64,000 nucleotides of DNA, from the NCBI GenBank assembly GCA_902762295.1, contig CACWNX010000001.1:596094-660093 (forward strand), in the 5' to 3' direction. Both the position numbers and the translations under genes were made by a program. The stretch comes from an uncultured Pseudomonadota bacterium. GTDB taxonomy: Bacteria > Pseudomonadota > Alphaproteobacteria > Rs-D84. Below are positions 20,277-29,071 of this stretch, piece after piece. How positions within the stretch are numbered: the stretch's first letter is position 1; every line of letters starts with the position of its first letter. Under the pieces are notes generated by a model. That model worked only from the letters and a program-made list of their open reading frames with translations, was not told the DNA's origin and ran no database searches.

Positions 20277-21389
20277 ATGTCACTAAAATTCAATTTAATT
20301 GCAACCGATGGAAATGCGCGGCGGGGCGCGGTTTCAACCGCGCACGGGACATTTCAAACGCCCGCTTTTATGGCGGTGGGGACGGCGGCGACGGTCAAGG
20401 CATTGACTATGGACCAGGTTCGCGCGACCGGAACCGAAGTAATTTTGGGCAACACATATCATTTAATGATGCGCCCCGGTGGCGATTTGGTTGAACGCAT
20501 GGGCGGTTTGCACAAATTTAGTGGTTGGCATGGCCCAATTTTGACCGACAGTGGCGGGTTCCAGGTTATGTCGCTGTCTAATCTGGTTAAAATGAAGGAA
20601 GAGGGTGTAGAATTTACTTCACACATTGATGGTGGTGTAAAACATTTCCTGCGCCCCGAAGATTCTGTGCATATTCAGCATCAACTGGATTCCAATATCA
20701 CAATGGTGTTGGATGAATGTCTGCATTTGCCGACCACGCGCGACCGCGCCGAAAAAAATGTAGATATGGTGACGCGTTGGGCGGCGCGCAGTAAATCTGC
20801 GTTTGTTGACCGCGATGGATACGGCATTTTCGGTATTGTCCAAGGCGCAGATTTCCCCGACCTGCGTGAAAAATCTGCGCGGGAATTGACCGCGATTGGT
20901 TTTGACGGGTACGCGATTGGTGGGCTGGCCGTGGGTGAACCCCAGGAAGTAATGTTCAAAATGATTTCAACCGTTGCACCGATGTTGCCAAATGATAAAC
21001 CGCGATATTTAATGGGGGTTGGAACGCCACTGGATATACTGGGCGCGGTGGAACGCGGTGTTGATATGTTCGATTGTGTTATGCCAACGCGCGCGGGCCG
21101 TACGGCAATGGCATTTACCCGTCATGGTACAATGAATATGCGCAATGCAAAATATCGTGATGACAGCGCGCCCATTGATGATAAGTGTGGTTGCCCGGCG
21201 TGTAAACTTTCGCGCGCGTATATTCATCACCTTATAAAGTGCAACGAAATTTTGGGTGCGACATTACTTACACAACATAACCTTTGGTTTTATCAAGATT
21301 TGATGCGTGGCATCCGCGAAGCAATAGAGCAGGGACGTTTTGCGGAATTCAAATCTGAATTTATAAAAAATTACACGGGTGAAAACTAA
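20277..21389 (+). CDS. tgt: queuine tRNA-ribosyltransferase
   Basis: MSLKFNLIATDGNARRGAV...TPAFMAVGT...: Tgt N-terminus; zinc site CxCxxC...H near the C-terminus. Start set at ATG 20277 (AAAGGA SD) rather than the ORF-track 20199, which would overlap queA. Confidence 0.9.
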   Translation: MSLKFNLIATDGNARRGAVSTAHGTFQTPAFMAVGTAATVKALTMDQVRATGTEVILGNTYHLMMRPGGDLVERMGGLHKFSGWHGPILTDSGGFQVMSLSNLVKMKEEGVEFTSHIDGGVKHFLRPEDSVHIQHQLDSNITMVLDECLHLPTTRDRAEKNVDMVTRWAARSKSAFVDRDGYGIFGIVQGADFPDLREKSARELTAIGFDGYAIGGLAVGEPQEVMFKMISTVAPMLPNDKPRYLMGVGTPLDILGAVERGVDMFDCVMPTRAGRTAMAFTRHGTMNMRNAKYRDDSAPIDDKCGCPACKLSRAYIHHLIKCNEILGATLLTQHNLWFYQDLMRGIREAIEQGRFAEFKSEFIKNYTGEN

Positions 21390-21448
21390 ACTGTTGATTT
21401 AATTTTTCAAAAGTTGAAAAATCCATCTGTAAAACGAAAGGATTCAAC

Positions 21449-22423
21449 ATGGCAAAGAAAAAAGAAATTGAAGTAATCGATCGTGGTGGCGCAAAAACCG
21501 TCGCAAAAAAAACTTCGGTCGTCACACATGCCAAACGCATATTTTTAATAGTCAGTGTTATATGGTTGGCATTTGTTGCGTGGTTTCCGCTGCATGTGAA
21601 AAATAAATATTCTGATTCGATAAAGCAATCAACGGTTGTTGCGATTTTCTATGACTTGCAACGCAATGTCGCGGAACAATATGAAAGAATGCTGAATGGA
21701 ATTAAAAATGCGATAAATCTTGAAAAACCTGTGTCAATTGCCATTGACAAGGTTAAAATGGTTGAATCCAAGGTTGATAAAGTGACCGATGCAACCGCCA
21801 AGGCCAAAGAACAAACCGAAAAAGTAAAAGAACAAACATCTGGGGTACGCGCACTGACCGGATTGGCAAATAAATTTGGTGTGAAAACCGGTGCGGTTGA
21901 TAATGCTTTGAATAAAGCAGATGGAATGGTTGATAAAGCCAATGCGACGGTAGACAAAGTAGATAATGTCGCAAAATTGGTCAATGACAAATTGGATGGG
22001 GTCGAGAAAGAATTAACCAAAGTCACCCAGTTAGAGGTTGATAAAGTAATTGATGCCGCGATAAAAAGTCAAATGGATTCTGCGGTGGCAATGTTGTTTA
22101 CAAAATACGATATCAAACATGTGTATCCTTGGGAACCGTCCAGTTGGCCGACCGCGCGCAAGATTTATCGTGAATTGGTGAATTCAAATCTTGATTTTGT
22201 TCACACTATTATTAAAACAGTAAATAAATATTTCGGCTATGTTGCATGGGGATTGGTGTTTGCGGCGTGGTTGCTGGGGCTTTATATCTGGACATTTATA
22301 CACGGAAAATACAAGGCGACGATTGCACCGTTTATTGTGTGCCCGCGTTGTGGTCACGCGTTTGCAGATAAAAGAACCGCCATGAGTATGCTAAAATTAT
22401 TACAGCCATGGAAATGGTTTTAA
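21449..22423 (+). CDS. hypothetical membrane-anchored coiled-coil protein with C-terminal CPRCGH zinc-ribbon-like motif
   Basis: N-terminal TM helix, repetitive KVDKV/DKVDNV coiled-coil middle, second hydrophobic segment, then CPRCGHAF. Confidence 0.5.
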   Translation: MAKKKEIEVIDRGGAKTVAKKTSVVTHAKRIFLIVSVIWLAFVAWFPLHVKNKYSDSIKQSTVVAIFYDLQRNVAEQYERMLNGIKNAINLEKPVSIAIDKVKMVESKVDKVTDATAKAKEQTEKVKEQTSGVRALTGLANKFGVKTGAVDNALNKADGMVDKANATVDKVDNVAKLVNDKLDGVEKELTKVTQLEVDKVIDAAIKSQMDSAVAMLFTKYDIKHVYPWEPSSWPTARKIYRELVNSNLDFVHTIIKTVNKYFGYVAWGLVFAAWLLGLYIWTFIHGKYKATIAPFIVCPRCGHAFADKRTAMSMLKLLQPWKWF

Positions 22424-22424
22424 T

Positions 22425-22457
22425 AGCAAAGCAATACCGCCCATTCGGGCGGTGTTT
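22425..22457. terminator. bidirectional terminator
   Basis: gcaataccgcccattcgggcggtgttttt: hairpin plus T-run. Confidence 0.6.
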
Positions 22458-23567
22458 TTATATTGAATATTTTTCAAATACTTTGTTCAATTGATTATGA
22501 ACTTGAATTATCGTTGCGCACTTTGCCATATGTTTTACCGATGTCGCACCAATATATGTACAACACGATGCGATACCGCCTGTAATATCCTGCAAAATTT
22601 TATCTATTGCCCCTGTATATGGTATCAGTAATTCGCGTCCTTCGGATGTTTTATAGTCTGACATTCCGCCTGCAAATTTGTTGTTTGCATACTCTGATGA
22701 CATACCATAGTATGCCTTGAAATATTTTGTTTGAATACTCCGCACCCCATCAATAATTTCATTTGTTTCAAAATGTTTTTCAACTATATCGCCGGCGGCT
22801 TCGTCGGTCCCGGCGAACATTCCGCCCACCATAATAAAATCAGAATTCAGACAAAATGCCTTGCAAATATCGCCGGCATTCACAATTCCCCCATCGGCAC
22901 AAATATGTCCGCCGACCGAGTGCGCAATATCAGCACATTCAACAACCAGTGATACCATCGGTGTCCCGCAACCGGTCTGGCGACGGGTCAGACATGCCGA
23001 ACCACTGCCTATGCCACATTTTATAATATCTGCAAAGTCTAACAGTTTCAAACAAATGTCGCCACTGGCGATATTACCCGCCATGATAACTGCATCTGGA
23101 AATTCATGACGCACGCGTCGCAAAACATCCAATGCATTTGGAATATAAAAATTCGGCGCATCTATACATATATTGCGTGACGATGTCCATTTATATTTTG
23201 ATTCTAAATCTTTCAGTTTTTGAATTTCGGCATCTGCGTTTTTTAATCCAATCGTCAGAAATAAATTGTCCAGTGATACATTTGCCGTACGACAAGAATC
23301 CATAAATATCCCGATTTCATCAACCGTATAGTGCTTGTGCAGTGTCGCAAACATTCCGCGTGCTAATAATTTTTGCGCCACTGTAAAATTACCAACTGTT
23401 GCCATATTCGCGTTAAAAATGCCCAGACCAGTGCGCACCTGGCCGTGTTTGAATTTGAAAACGCGTTGTAAATCAACATCTTTGCGTGAATTCAGGTTTA
23501 TGCCCATTTTCGGACGAATTAAAATATCGGAATAGTCCAGAAAAACTTCGGACAAAATCTGTGTCAT
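22458..23567 (-). CDS. guaC: GMP reductase / IMPDH-family TIM-barrel oxidoreductase
   Basis: Catalytic-loop motif GIGSGSACLTRRQTGCG (compare GIGPGSICTTR of GuaC). Length 369 aa with no CBS pair, which favours GMP reductase over IMPDH. Confidence 0.7.
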   Translation of the reverse strand: MTQILSEVFLDYSDILIRPKMGINLNSRKDVDLQRVFKFKHGQVRTGLGIFNANMATVGNFTVAQKLLARGMFATLHKHYTVDEIGIFMDSCRTANVSLDNLFLTIGLKNADAEIQKLKDLESKYKWTSSRNICIDAPNFYIPNALDVLRRVRHEFPDAVIMAGNIASGDICLKLLDFADIIKCGIGSGSACLTRRQTGCGTPMVSLVVECADIAHSVGGHICADGGIVNAGDICKAFCLNSDFIMVGGMFAGTDEAAGDIVEKHFETNEIIDGVRSIQTKYFKAYYGMSSEYANNKFAGGMSDYKTSEGRELLIPYTGAIDKILQDITGGIASCCTYIGATSVKHMAKCATIIQVHNQLNKVFEKYSI

Positions 23568-23624
23568 AATTTATCCCTTTTGTCGGTGGGATTATAGACG
23601 ATAACACCGTAATCTTGCAAGAAA

Positions 23625-23885
23625 TTTCAAAGTACTTCGGCAACAAAAGTTGCCTCGCCTCGCAACCCTTCGGGTTCTCGCCCCTTTGCCGACAAAATTA
23701 AAAACCGACCTAACGGACGGTTTTAAAATTTTGGTGCGAGCAAAGTACTTCGGTGGCATACGCCACCTCGCCTCGCAACCCTTCGGGTTCTCGCCCCTTT
23801 GCCGACAAAATTAAAAACCGACCTAACGCCCTTTGCCGACAAAATTAAAAACCGACCTAACGGACGGTTTTAAAATTTTGGTGCG
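23625..23885. repeat. tandem ~120/140-bp repeat units ending in duplicated tRNA-Gly 3' terminus, between guaC start and tRNA-Gly
   Basis: Unit caaagtacttcgg...ctcgcctcgcaacccttcgggttctcgcccctttgccgacaaaattaaaaaccgacctaacggacggttttaaaattttggtgcgagcaaag occurs twice (23625-23744 and 23745-23885). The second unit has an extra internal 34-bp duplication. The last 25 bp equal the tRNA-Gly 3' end plus flank. Confidence 0.85.
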
Positions 23886-23955
23886 AGCAAAGGGGCTCGA
23901 ACCCTCGACCTCAACCTTGGCAAGGTTGCGCTCTAGCCAACTGAGCTACGCTCGC
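23879..23955 (-). tRNA. tRNA-Gly (anticodon GCC)
   Basis: Acceptor GCGAGCG/TGCTCGC, anticodon loop TTGCCAA, T-loop TTCGAGC, encoded CCA. Confidence 0.9.
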
Positions 23956-24188
23956 ATTGCGTGGTGTATTCTTACATACAAAAATTCATTTTGCAAGTAA
24001 AAAATTGCCGGCGGTTTAGGCGAAAGTGTGCGGGCATCTATTTTCCTTGTGTTTAATGCAAAAATTATGTATCATTCGGCGTAGATGCCCCGCAGTCACG
24101 GATTCACTACGAATAGAGCATGGTGCTTTATTGGCAATGGATTCCGGTGATTGCGGAAATGTTTTGTTAAAAAAAAGGATTATTATAA

Positions 24189-26012
24189 ATGGTAAAATTA
24201 CATAAACACACTGAACCGGACGAAATCGCCGAATTAGACGGTCCAGAAGATTTAACATTGCATGTGTCGGCGGATGGTACCGGCACCGATGTTGCCCACC
24301 CAGAATCAGACGAAAATGATGAAAAAGTTTACTTTATGGCATTGGGTGGCTTGGAACATGTCGGCCAGAATATGTATGTATATAAGTACAAGGGTAAATA
24401 CATTATCGTTGATTGCGGTATGGGATTCTTAGAGGAAGAAATCGGTGCCGGCGATGTGCAGTACTGTGATACGAAATGGCTGGAAAAGCGCAAAAAAGAT
24501 GTCGTCGCATTTGTTGTCACACATGGACACGAAGACCATATTGGCGCATTAAAATATATCTGGCCAAAGTTCAGAAAACCAATCTATTGTACTCGTTTTC
24601 CGGCGGAAATTTTGCGTCGCACATTTCGTGGAATTGAATTAGATTTTGACCCGAAACGTGATATTGTTGAATTTGATGCCACGGGCGCAACACTGGATTT
24701 AAAACCGTTTACGGTTGAAACATTCCATGTCAGTCATTCTGTACCAGAGGCTCAGATGCTGATTATCAAAACCGGTGCGGGTAAAATTTTGCATACCGGG
24801 GATTGGACTTTTAACGACGGTAATCCGATTGAACCAGAAACTGATTATGCACGTTTGCGCGAAATTGGGTCTGACCCGAAATTGTTGGCGTGCGTTTGTG
24901 ATTCAACATCGTCGTCACGTCAAACACCGCAAACAACCGAGATTCAGGTTCGTGAAACATTAACCGAAATTATGCGTAATGCCCCAGGTCGTGTTTTTGT
25001 GACCGGATATTCGCGCAGTTTGGCGCGTATAAAAATGTTTGCCAGCGCCGCGCGTGCCGCCGGTCGTGTTGCGGCGATAAAAGAACGCAGTAACCCAAAT
25101 CCTGTGCCATATGTTGGATTGCCAGAATTTCGCGAAATTGGTATTGAATTTAAATACTTGAATGAAGACGATGTATATCTGCATTCGGAAATCAAGGATT
25201 TGCCGGCGGAAAAACAGGCGATTTTCTTGACCGGATCCCAGGGCGAAAAATTCGCAATGTTGACCCGCCTGTGTCGTGGTCAGGTCAAAGAATTGAAATT
25301 GATGCCAACTGATACGGTCGTATTCAGTGCCATTATTATTCCGGGACGTGAACAAGATGTTTCATTTCTTTATAACAAACTGGCAAAAATGGGTATCCGT
25401 ACACACACAATTTATGACACCGATCATGTTCATGCCAGTGGTCACGCCGGTCGTCCAGAATTTGAACGATTCTATGATATGGTGCACCCCCAGGTATCTA
25501 TTCCGATGCATGGCGATTACATTAATGAAATGCTGAACGGAAAAATGGCAATGGAACGTGGTGGTGCAAAACATATGATGCTGGTTCGTAATGGTGAAAT
25601 GGTCGCATTGGCAGATGGCACCGAACCATATGTTTGCGAAACAATAGATACCGGTTTCGTTGTTATGGAGGGCGAAACCGAACGCAGTGCCAACGACCAG
25701 GTTTACAAGAACCGCAAAAAAATTGCATCTAATGGTGCAATATTTGTGACATTGCCGGTGGATAAACGCGGATTCTTAAAAGGTACACCCGAAGTTTCCA
25801 GTGCCGGTATATTTGAATCTGATACAACGGGATTTATGAAACGACAAATTCAGATTGAAATTACCAAGGCAATTGACGGACTGTCCAAGACCGAACGAAA
25901 GGTTCAAGATAACTTGGTCAAGGCCGTTCAAGTTGCGGCAAACAAGGTTGTACGCGCATCATTGGGGGCCGACAAAAAACCACAATATAGTGTGCACTTT
26001 GTTCAGAAATAA
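24189..26012 (+). CDS. rnj: ribonuclease J (β-CASP metallo-β-lactamase RNase)
   Basis: HGHEDH motif (VVTHGHEDHIGAL), β-CASP region, C-terminal domain. An N-terminal ~45-aa acidic extension precedes the conserved MALGGLEHVGQNM; the true start may be internal. Confidence 0.85.
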   Translation: MVKLHKHTEPDEIAELDGPEDLTLHVSADGTGTDVAHPESDENDEKVYFMALGGLEHVGQNMYVYKYKGKYIIVDCGMGFLEEEIGAGDVQYCDTKWLEKRKKDVVAFVVTHGHEDHIGALKYIWPKFRKPIYCTRFPAEILRRTFRGIELDFDPKRDIVEFDATGATLDLKPFTVETFHVSHSVPEAQMLIIKTGAGKILHTGDWTFNDGNPIEPETDYARLREIGSDPKLLACVCDSTSSSRQTPQTTEIQVRETLTEIMRNAPGRVFVTGYSRSLARIKMFASAARAAGRVAAIKERSNPNPVPYVGLPEFREIGIEFKYLNEDDVYLHSEIKDLPAEKQAIFLTGSQGEKFAMLTRLCRGQVKELKLMPTDTVVFSAIIIPGREQDVSFLYNKLAKMGIRTHTIYDTDHVHASGHAGRPEFERFYDMVHPQVSIPMHGDYINEMLNGKMAMERGGAKHMMLVRNGEMVALADGTEPYVCETIDTGFVVMEGETERSANDQVYKNRKKIASNGAIFVTLPVDKRGFLKGTPEVSSAGIFESDTTGFMKRQIQIEITKAIDGLSKTERKVQDNLVKAVQVAANKVVRASLGADKKPQYSVHFVQK

Positions 26013-26110
26013 ATTTTTCATCCCCCAATTGGGGGATGTTTTTTTAAAAAATTCTTTACTTAATAAAAATATTTTATACAATTAACATGGTCAAACCAAA
26101 AGGAAGGAAT

Positions 26111-26509
26111 ATGCCAAGAAAAACTGTAAAAAAAACTAACACAAAAAAAATGACAATACAAAAAAATACCAAGGTTATTGCGGCGACGAAACCTGAGTTG
26201 CATGAATGTCACTGTGGTTGCAGTTGCGGCCCGGTAAAGAAAACCATTATTTTGACATGTATGTTTTTGTTGGGTTTTGCCGTTGCAAAATTCGCATTTT
26301 GTTCATGCCGTTATCGCATACCGAAAATGGCACATGAACACCCGGTATTTGTAGATGGCTGTTTGGATATGGAATCTATTAAATGTCCCAAGATGCAGGA
26401 AATATTGGCGAATGCCGATATGGACGCGGACGGTTGCATCAGTGTTTCTGAATTTAATGCAGTCAAACGCATCATGCGTCAGGGTCCAAAGAAGCCGATT
26501 GCAGAATAA
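26111..26509 (+). CDS. small membrane protein with Cys cluster and canonical EF-hand Ca2+-binding loop
   Basis: AGGAAGGA SD before ATG 26111. Lys-rich N-terminus, HECHCGCSCG cluster, one TM helix, then DMDADGCISVSEF, which fits the DxDxDGxIxxxE EF-hand loop. Flanked by hairpin terminators on both sides. Confidence 0.55.
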   Translation: MPRKTVKKTNTKKMTIQKNTKVIAATKPELHECHCGCSCGPVKKTIILTCMFLLGFAVAKFAFCSCRYRIPKMAHEHPVFVDGCLDMESIKCPKMQEILANADMDADGCISVSEFNAVKRIMRQGPKKPIAE

Positions 26510-26562
26510 TAAGTTTACTAAAAAAAACACACACCCGCAAATCGCGGGTGTGTGTTTATAAT

Positions 26563-27105
26563 TTAATTAAATTTTACTTTTGGGGCGATGCGTTCAGATT
26601 CATCCATTTCAAACAATTTTTCTTTTGTTATACCAAACATGCGGGCAACAATATTTGATGGAAACTGCTCAATCGTGGTGTTCAGCGACATAACAACCGT
26701 ATTATAAAATTGTCGCGCCGATTGAATTTTTGTTTCTGTATCGGTCAATTCGCGTTGCAATTCCAAGAAATTTTCGTTCGCACGCAGTGTTGGATACGCT
26801 TCGCCCAGTGCAAACAATTTGTTCAGCGCACCGGTCAATCCGCGTTCCGCCGCCGCACCGTCCAGTGGATTTGTTGACATTGCTGTATTGCGCGCAGCGA
26901 TAACCGCGGACAATGTATCTTTTTCGTGCGCCGCTGCACCACGCACCGTTTCAACCAAGTTTGGTATTAAATCATAACGACGTTTTAATTGTGTATCTAT
27001 GGTTGCCCATGCTTCACGTGCCTGGTTTCGGCGTGAAACCAAACCATTATAAACCGCGATAAAATATAAAACTAACACTGCAACTATACCGATAGCCGTC
27101 CACAT
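26563..27105 (-). CDS. lemA: LemA family membrane protein
   Basis: N-terminal TM helix followed by a LemA-type domain (...ARNTAMSTNPLDGAAAERGLTGALNKLFALGEAYPTLRANENFLELQRELTDTE...). Confidence 0.8.
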   Translation of the reverse strand: MWTAIGIVAVLVLYFIAVYNGLVSRRNQAREAWATIDTQLKRRYDLIPNLVETVRGAAAHEKDTLSAVIAARNTAMSTNPLDGAAAERGLTGALNKLFALGEAYPTLRANENFLELQRELTDTETKIQSARQFYNTVVMSLNTTIEQFPSNIVARMFGITKEKLFEMDESERIAPKVKFN

Positions 27106-27204
27106 TTTAAAATCCTTTTGTTATTATTAAATATGCCTAGTCATTTTGATATAAATTCCGATTAAAATCAACCCATAAAAAATCCCGCATCTGCGGGATT
27201 TATT

Positions 27205-27543
27205 TTATTTTTTCCAGAACGCGAATCCAGAATGTTTTTTTTCTTCGTGACTTTTTCTTTCTTCGCGGGCGCGTCTGCGTTCGGCACGACGTTCTTGAAA
27301 TCTTTTTGCAGATTCTTCGTCACGTTGAATCATTTTGATTGTTGTGACCGACAGTTTTCCGTTGCGAACTTCTTCTTCAAACTCAACGACATCCCCTTCG
27401 TTCAAGAACCGCAAATCTGCATTTTTTAACGAACTGGAATGCACGAACACATCATCCGTATTGCCGTCTTCGTTTGGTGTATCGGGTGCAATAAAACCGA
27501 AACACTTTTTACCATTATACCATTTTACTTTACCTTGGCGCAT
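27205..27543 (-). CDS. cold-shock domain protein (CspA family) with basic/acidic C-terminal tail
   Basis: MRQGKVKWYNGKKCFGFIAPD...DVFVHSS: RNP1/RNP2 CSD motifs, followed by an Arg/Glu/Lys-rich 40-aa extension. Confidence 0.8.
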   Translation of the reverse strand: MRQGKVKWYNGKKCFGFIAPDTPNEDGNTDDVFVHSSSLKNADLRFLNEGDVVEFEEEVRNGKLSVTTIKMIQRDEESAKRFQERRAERRRAREERKSHEEKKHSGFAFWKK

Positions 27544-27678
27544 CTTTTTTTCCTTTACTAACCTTGTTTATGATTTAACAAACATGTCAAATCTGATTTG
27601 ATTGTTGCACATCAACTGAGTTAAATCAAGTAAATATCATATATGACAAAAAGGACAATTGTCCCTTGGGTGTTCAGA

Positions 27679-29067
27679 CTACATATTCTTGTGATAATAG
27701 CGGTAAACTTCGGCCATTACGAAATTAAACAGCCGTGCCGCCGGTCCATCGTCTTTTACGAATTTACCAAGCCGTGTGTACGGCATTGCCGCCACCAGAA
27801 CAAACCGTGCCATAAAACGAAAGATTGCAATCTGTTGTGTCATATCAAGTTTTGAAGATGAATGCACCACACGAAATATTTCGTTTTGCACCGCGGCATC
27901 CAGTTTATTCATTATCGTATCAACAATATGCGTTGGGTAATACATTTTGCATTCGCGCGGGAAACCTTCAAATAACGATACATCACCACCGCGACTGTAT
28001 AAAATATTCCATCCAACGCGTTCAAACAAATCGTCCAAGCATTGGCATATCATCAAATTATATTTATCTATGCCGTCCTTCATAAGGTCCGCCGCTTCTT
28101 GTTCAATGATTGCATCGGCGGTATCTGGGTGTTCACGCAGTGTTGCATAATAGTCATGTGTTTTGCGTTCAAATTCAAAGAATGTTCGAACCTGGCAAAT
28201 TATTTCCATTGGGATAACATTGTCGGGTGTGCCAATATTCACAATAACCTTGGAATCACGATAGTTGCGTGGATTTCCAATATCATAGAATTTATCACGC
28301 ACCGTCAAAACACGTTCCGGCATAATTTCGTGCAGCCGTTCAATAAATGTTCGCGCCTGGGGTATTAAATCAAACAGACATTTCACGCGCCAAACATCAT
28401 TCAAATGCTTATGCGGTTTCTTGATTTTATCAAGATTGCGAACCAGTGTCGCGACCAGTTCTTTGTCTGAACAATCTATTAACGATAAAACCGCCGCAGA
28501 TGCATCAGTAATATATTTTTCGGAAAAACATTTACGAATTTTGGTTATGGTTTCCGCAGTTTGTTTTTTTCCAAATTTATCCGATACGGTTTTTTCAACC
28601 ACAGATATTACATCTTCAATAAAAAAACGATAGTATTTACCACAAACCTTGTCTATGGCGCGTTCTACGTTTTTTTGTGCACCGACAATAACCGTGACAA
28701 TTGACGATACCGACAAATCAATTTTATGCGCCGCGCCCGATGTAAAGAACTGATTACGCATTGGGTCAACATCTAAGCGATGATTCACCAAATACGCCGA
28801 CAGCGGATTTATATCTGCAATCTTTATTGGTTTTTCCACCGGCAAATCGGTTTCTGGGTTATATTCCATCACCGCCGTTTTTGGTGCGCCGAAACATTTA
28901 CCCAATGTATGAAAAACATCACGATAGCAGTCCATACCGTTGCTGTAAAGTCGCGTTAAATAATCGGCGGCTTCGTCATTTATGCGACCAGATGCGCGAA
29001 CCTTGGCAATATATTCAAGGTTGTGGCGGTCGCGGTCGGCGGTCAAAAGATTTACATCTGGTTGCAT
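27679..29067 (-). CDS. hypothetical 462-aa soluble protein (ORFan)
   Basis: Long ORF with no internal stops. No motif I can assign; no TM segments. Ends 4 nt from the lysS start, so probably co-transcribed. Confidence 0.55.
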   Translation of the reverse strand: MQPDVNLLTADRDRHNLEYIAKVRASGRINDEAADYLTRLYSNGMDCYRDVFHTLGKCFGAPKTAVMEYNPETDLPVEKPIKIADINPLSAYLVNHRLDVDPMRNQFFTSGAAHKIDLSVSSIVTVIVGAQKNVERAIDKVCGKYYRFFIEDVISVVEKTVSDKFGKKQTAETITKIRKCFSEKYITDASAAVLSLIDCSDKELVATLVRNLDKIKKPHKHLNDVWRVKCLFDLIPQARTFIERLHEIMPERVLTVRDKFYDIGNPRNYRDSKVIVNIGTPDNVIPMEIICQVRTFFEFERKTHDYYATLREHPDTADAIIEQEAADLMKDGIDKYNLMICQCLDDLFERVGWNILYSRGGDVSLFEGFPRECKMYYPTHIVDTIMNKLDAAVQNEIFRVVHSSSKLDMTQQIAIFRFMARFVLVAAMPYTRLGKFVKDDGPAARLFNFVMAEVYRYYHKNM

Positions 29068-29071
29068 TTTT

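Noticed and set aside
23625-23885. CRISPR array near tRNA-Gly
   Set aside because: Repeat units are about 120-140 bp, tandem without unique spacers of constant size, and each contains a copy of the tRNA-Gly 3' end. This is a tandem duplication, not a CRISPR.
24016-24258. 80-aa minus-strand ORF upstream of rnj
   Set aside because: It covers the inverted-repeat leader region and the rnj start, has no RBS, and is probably non-coding.
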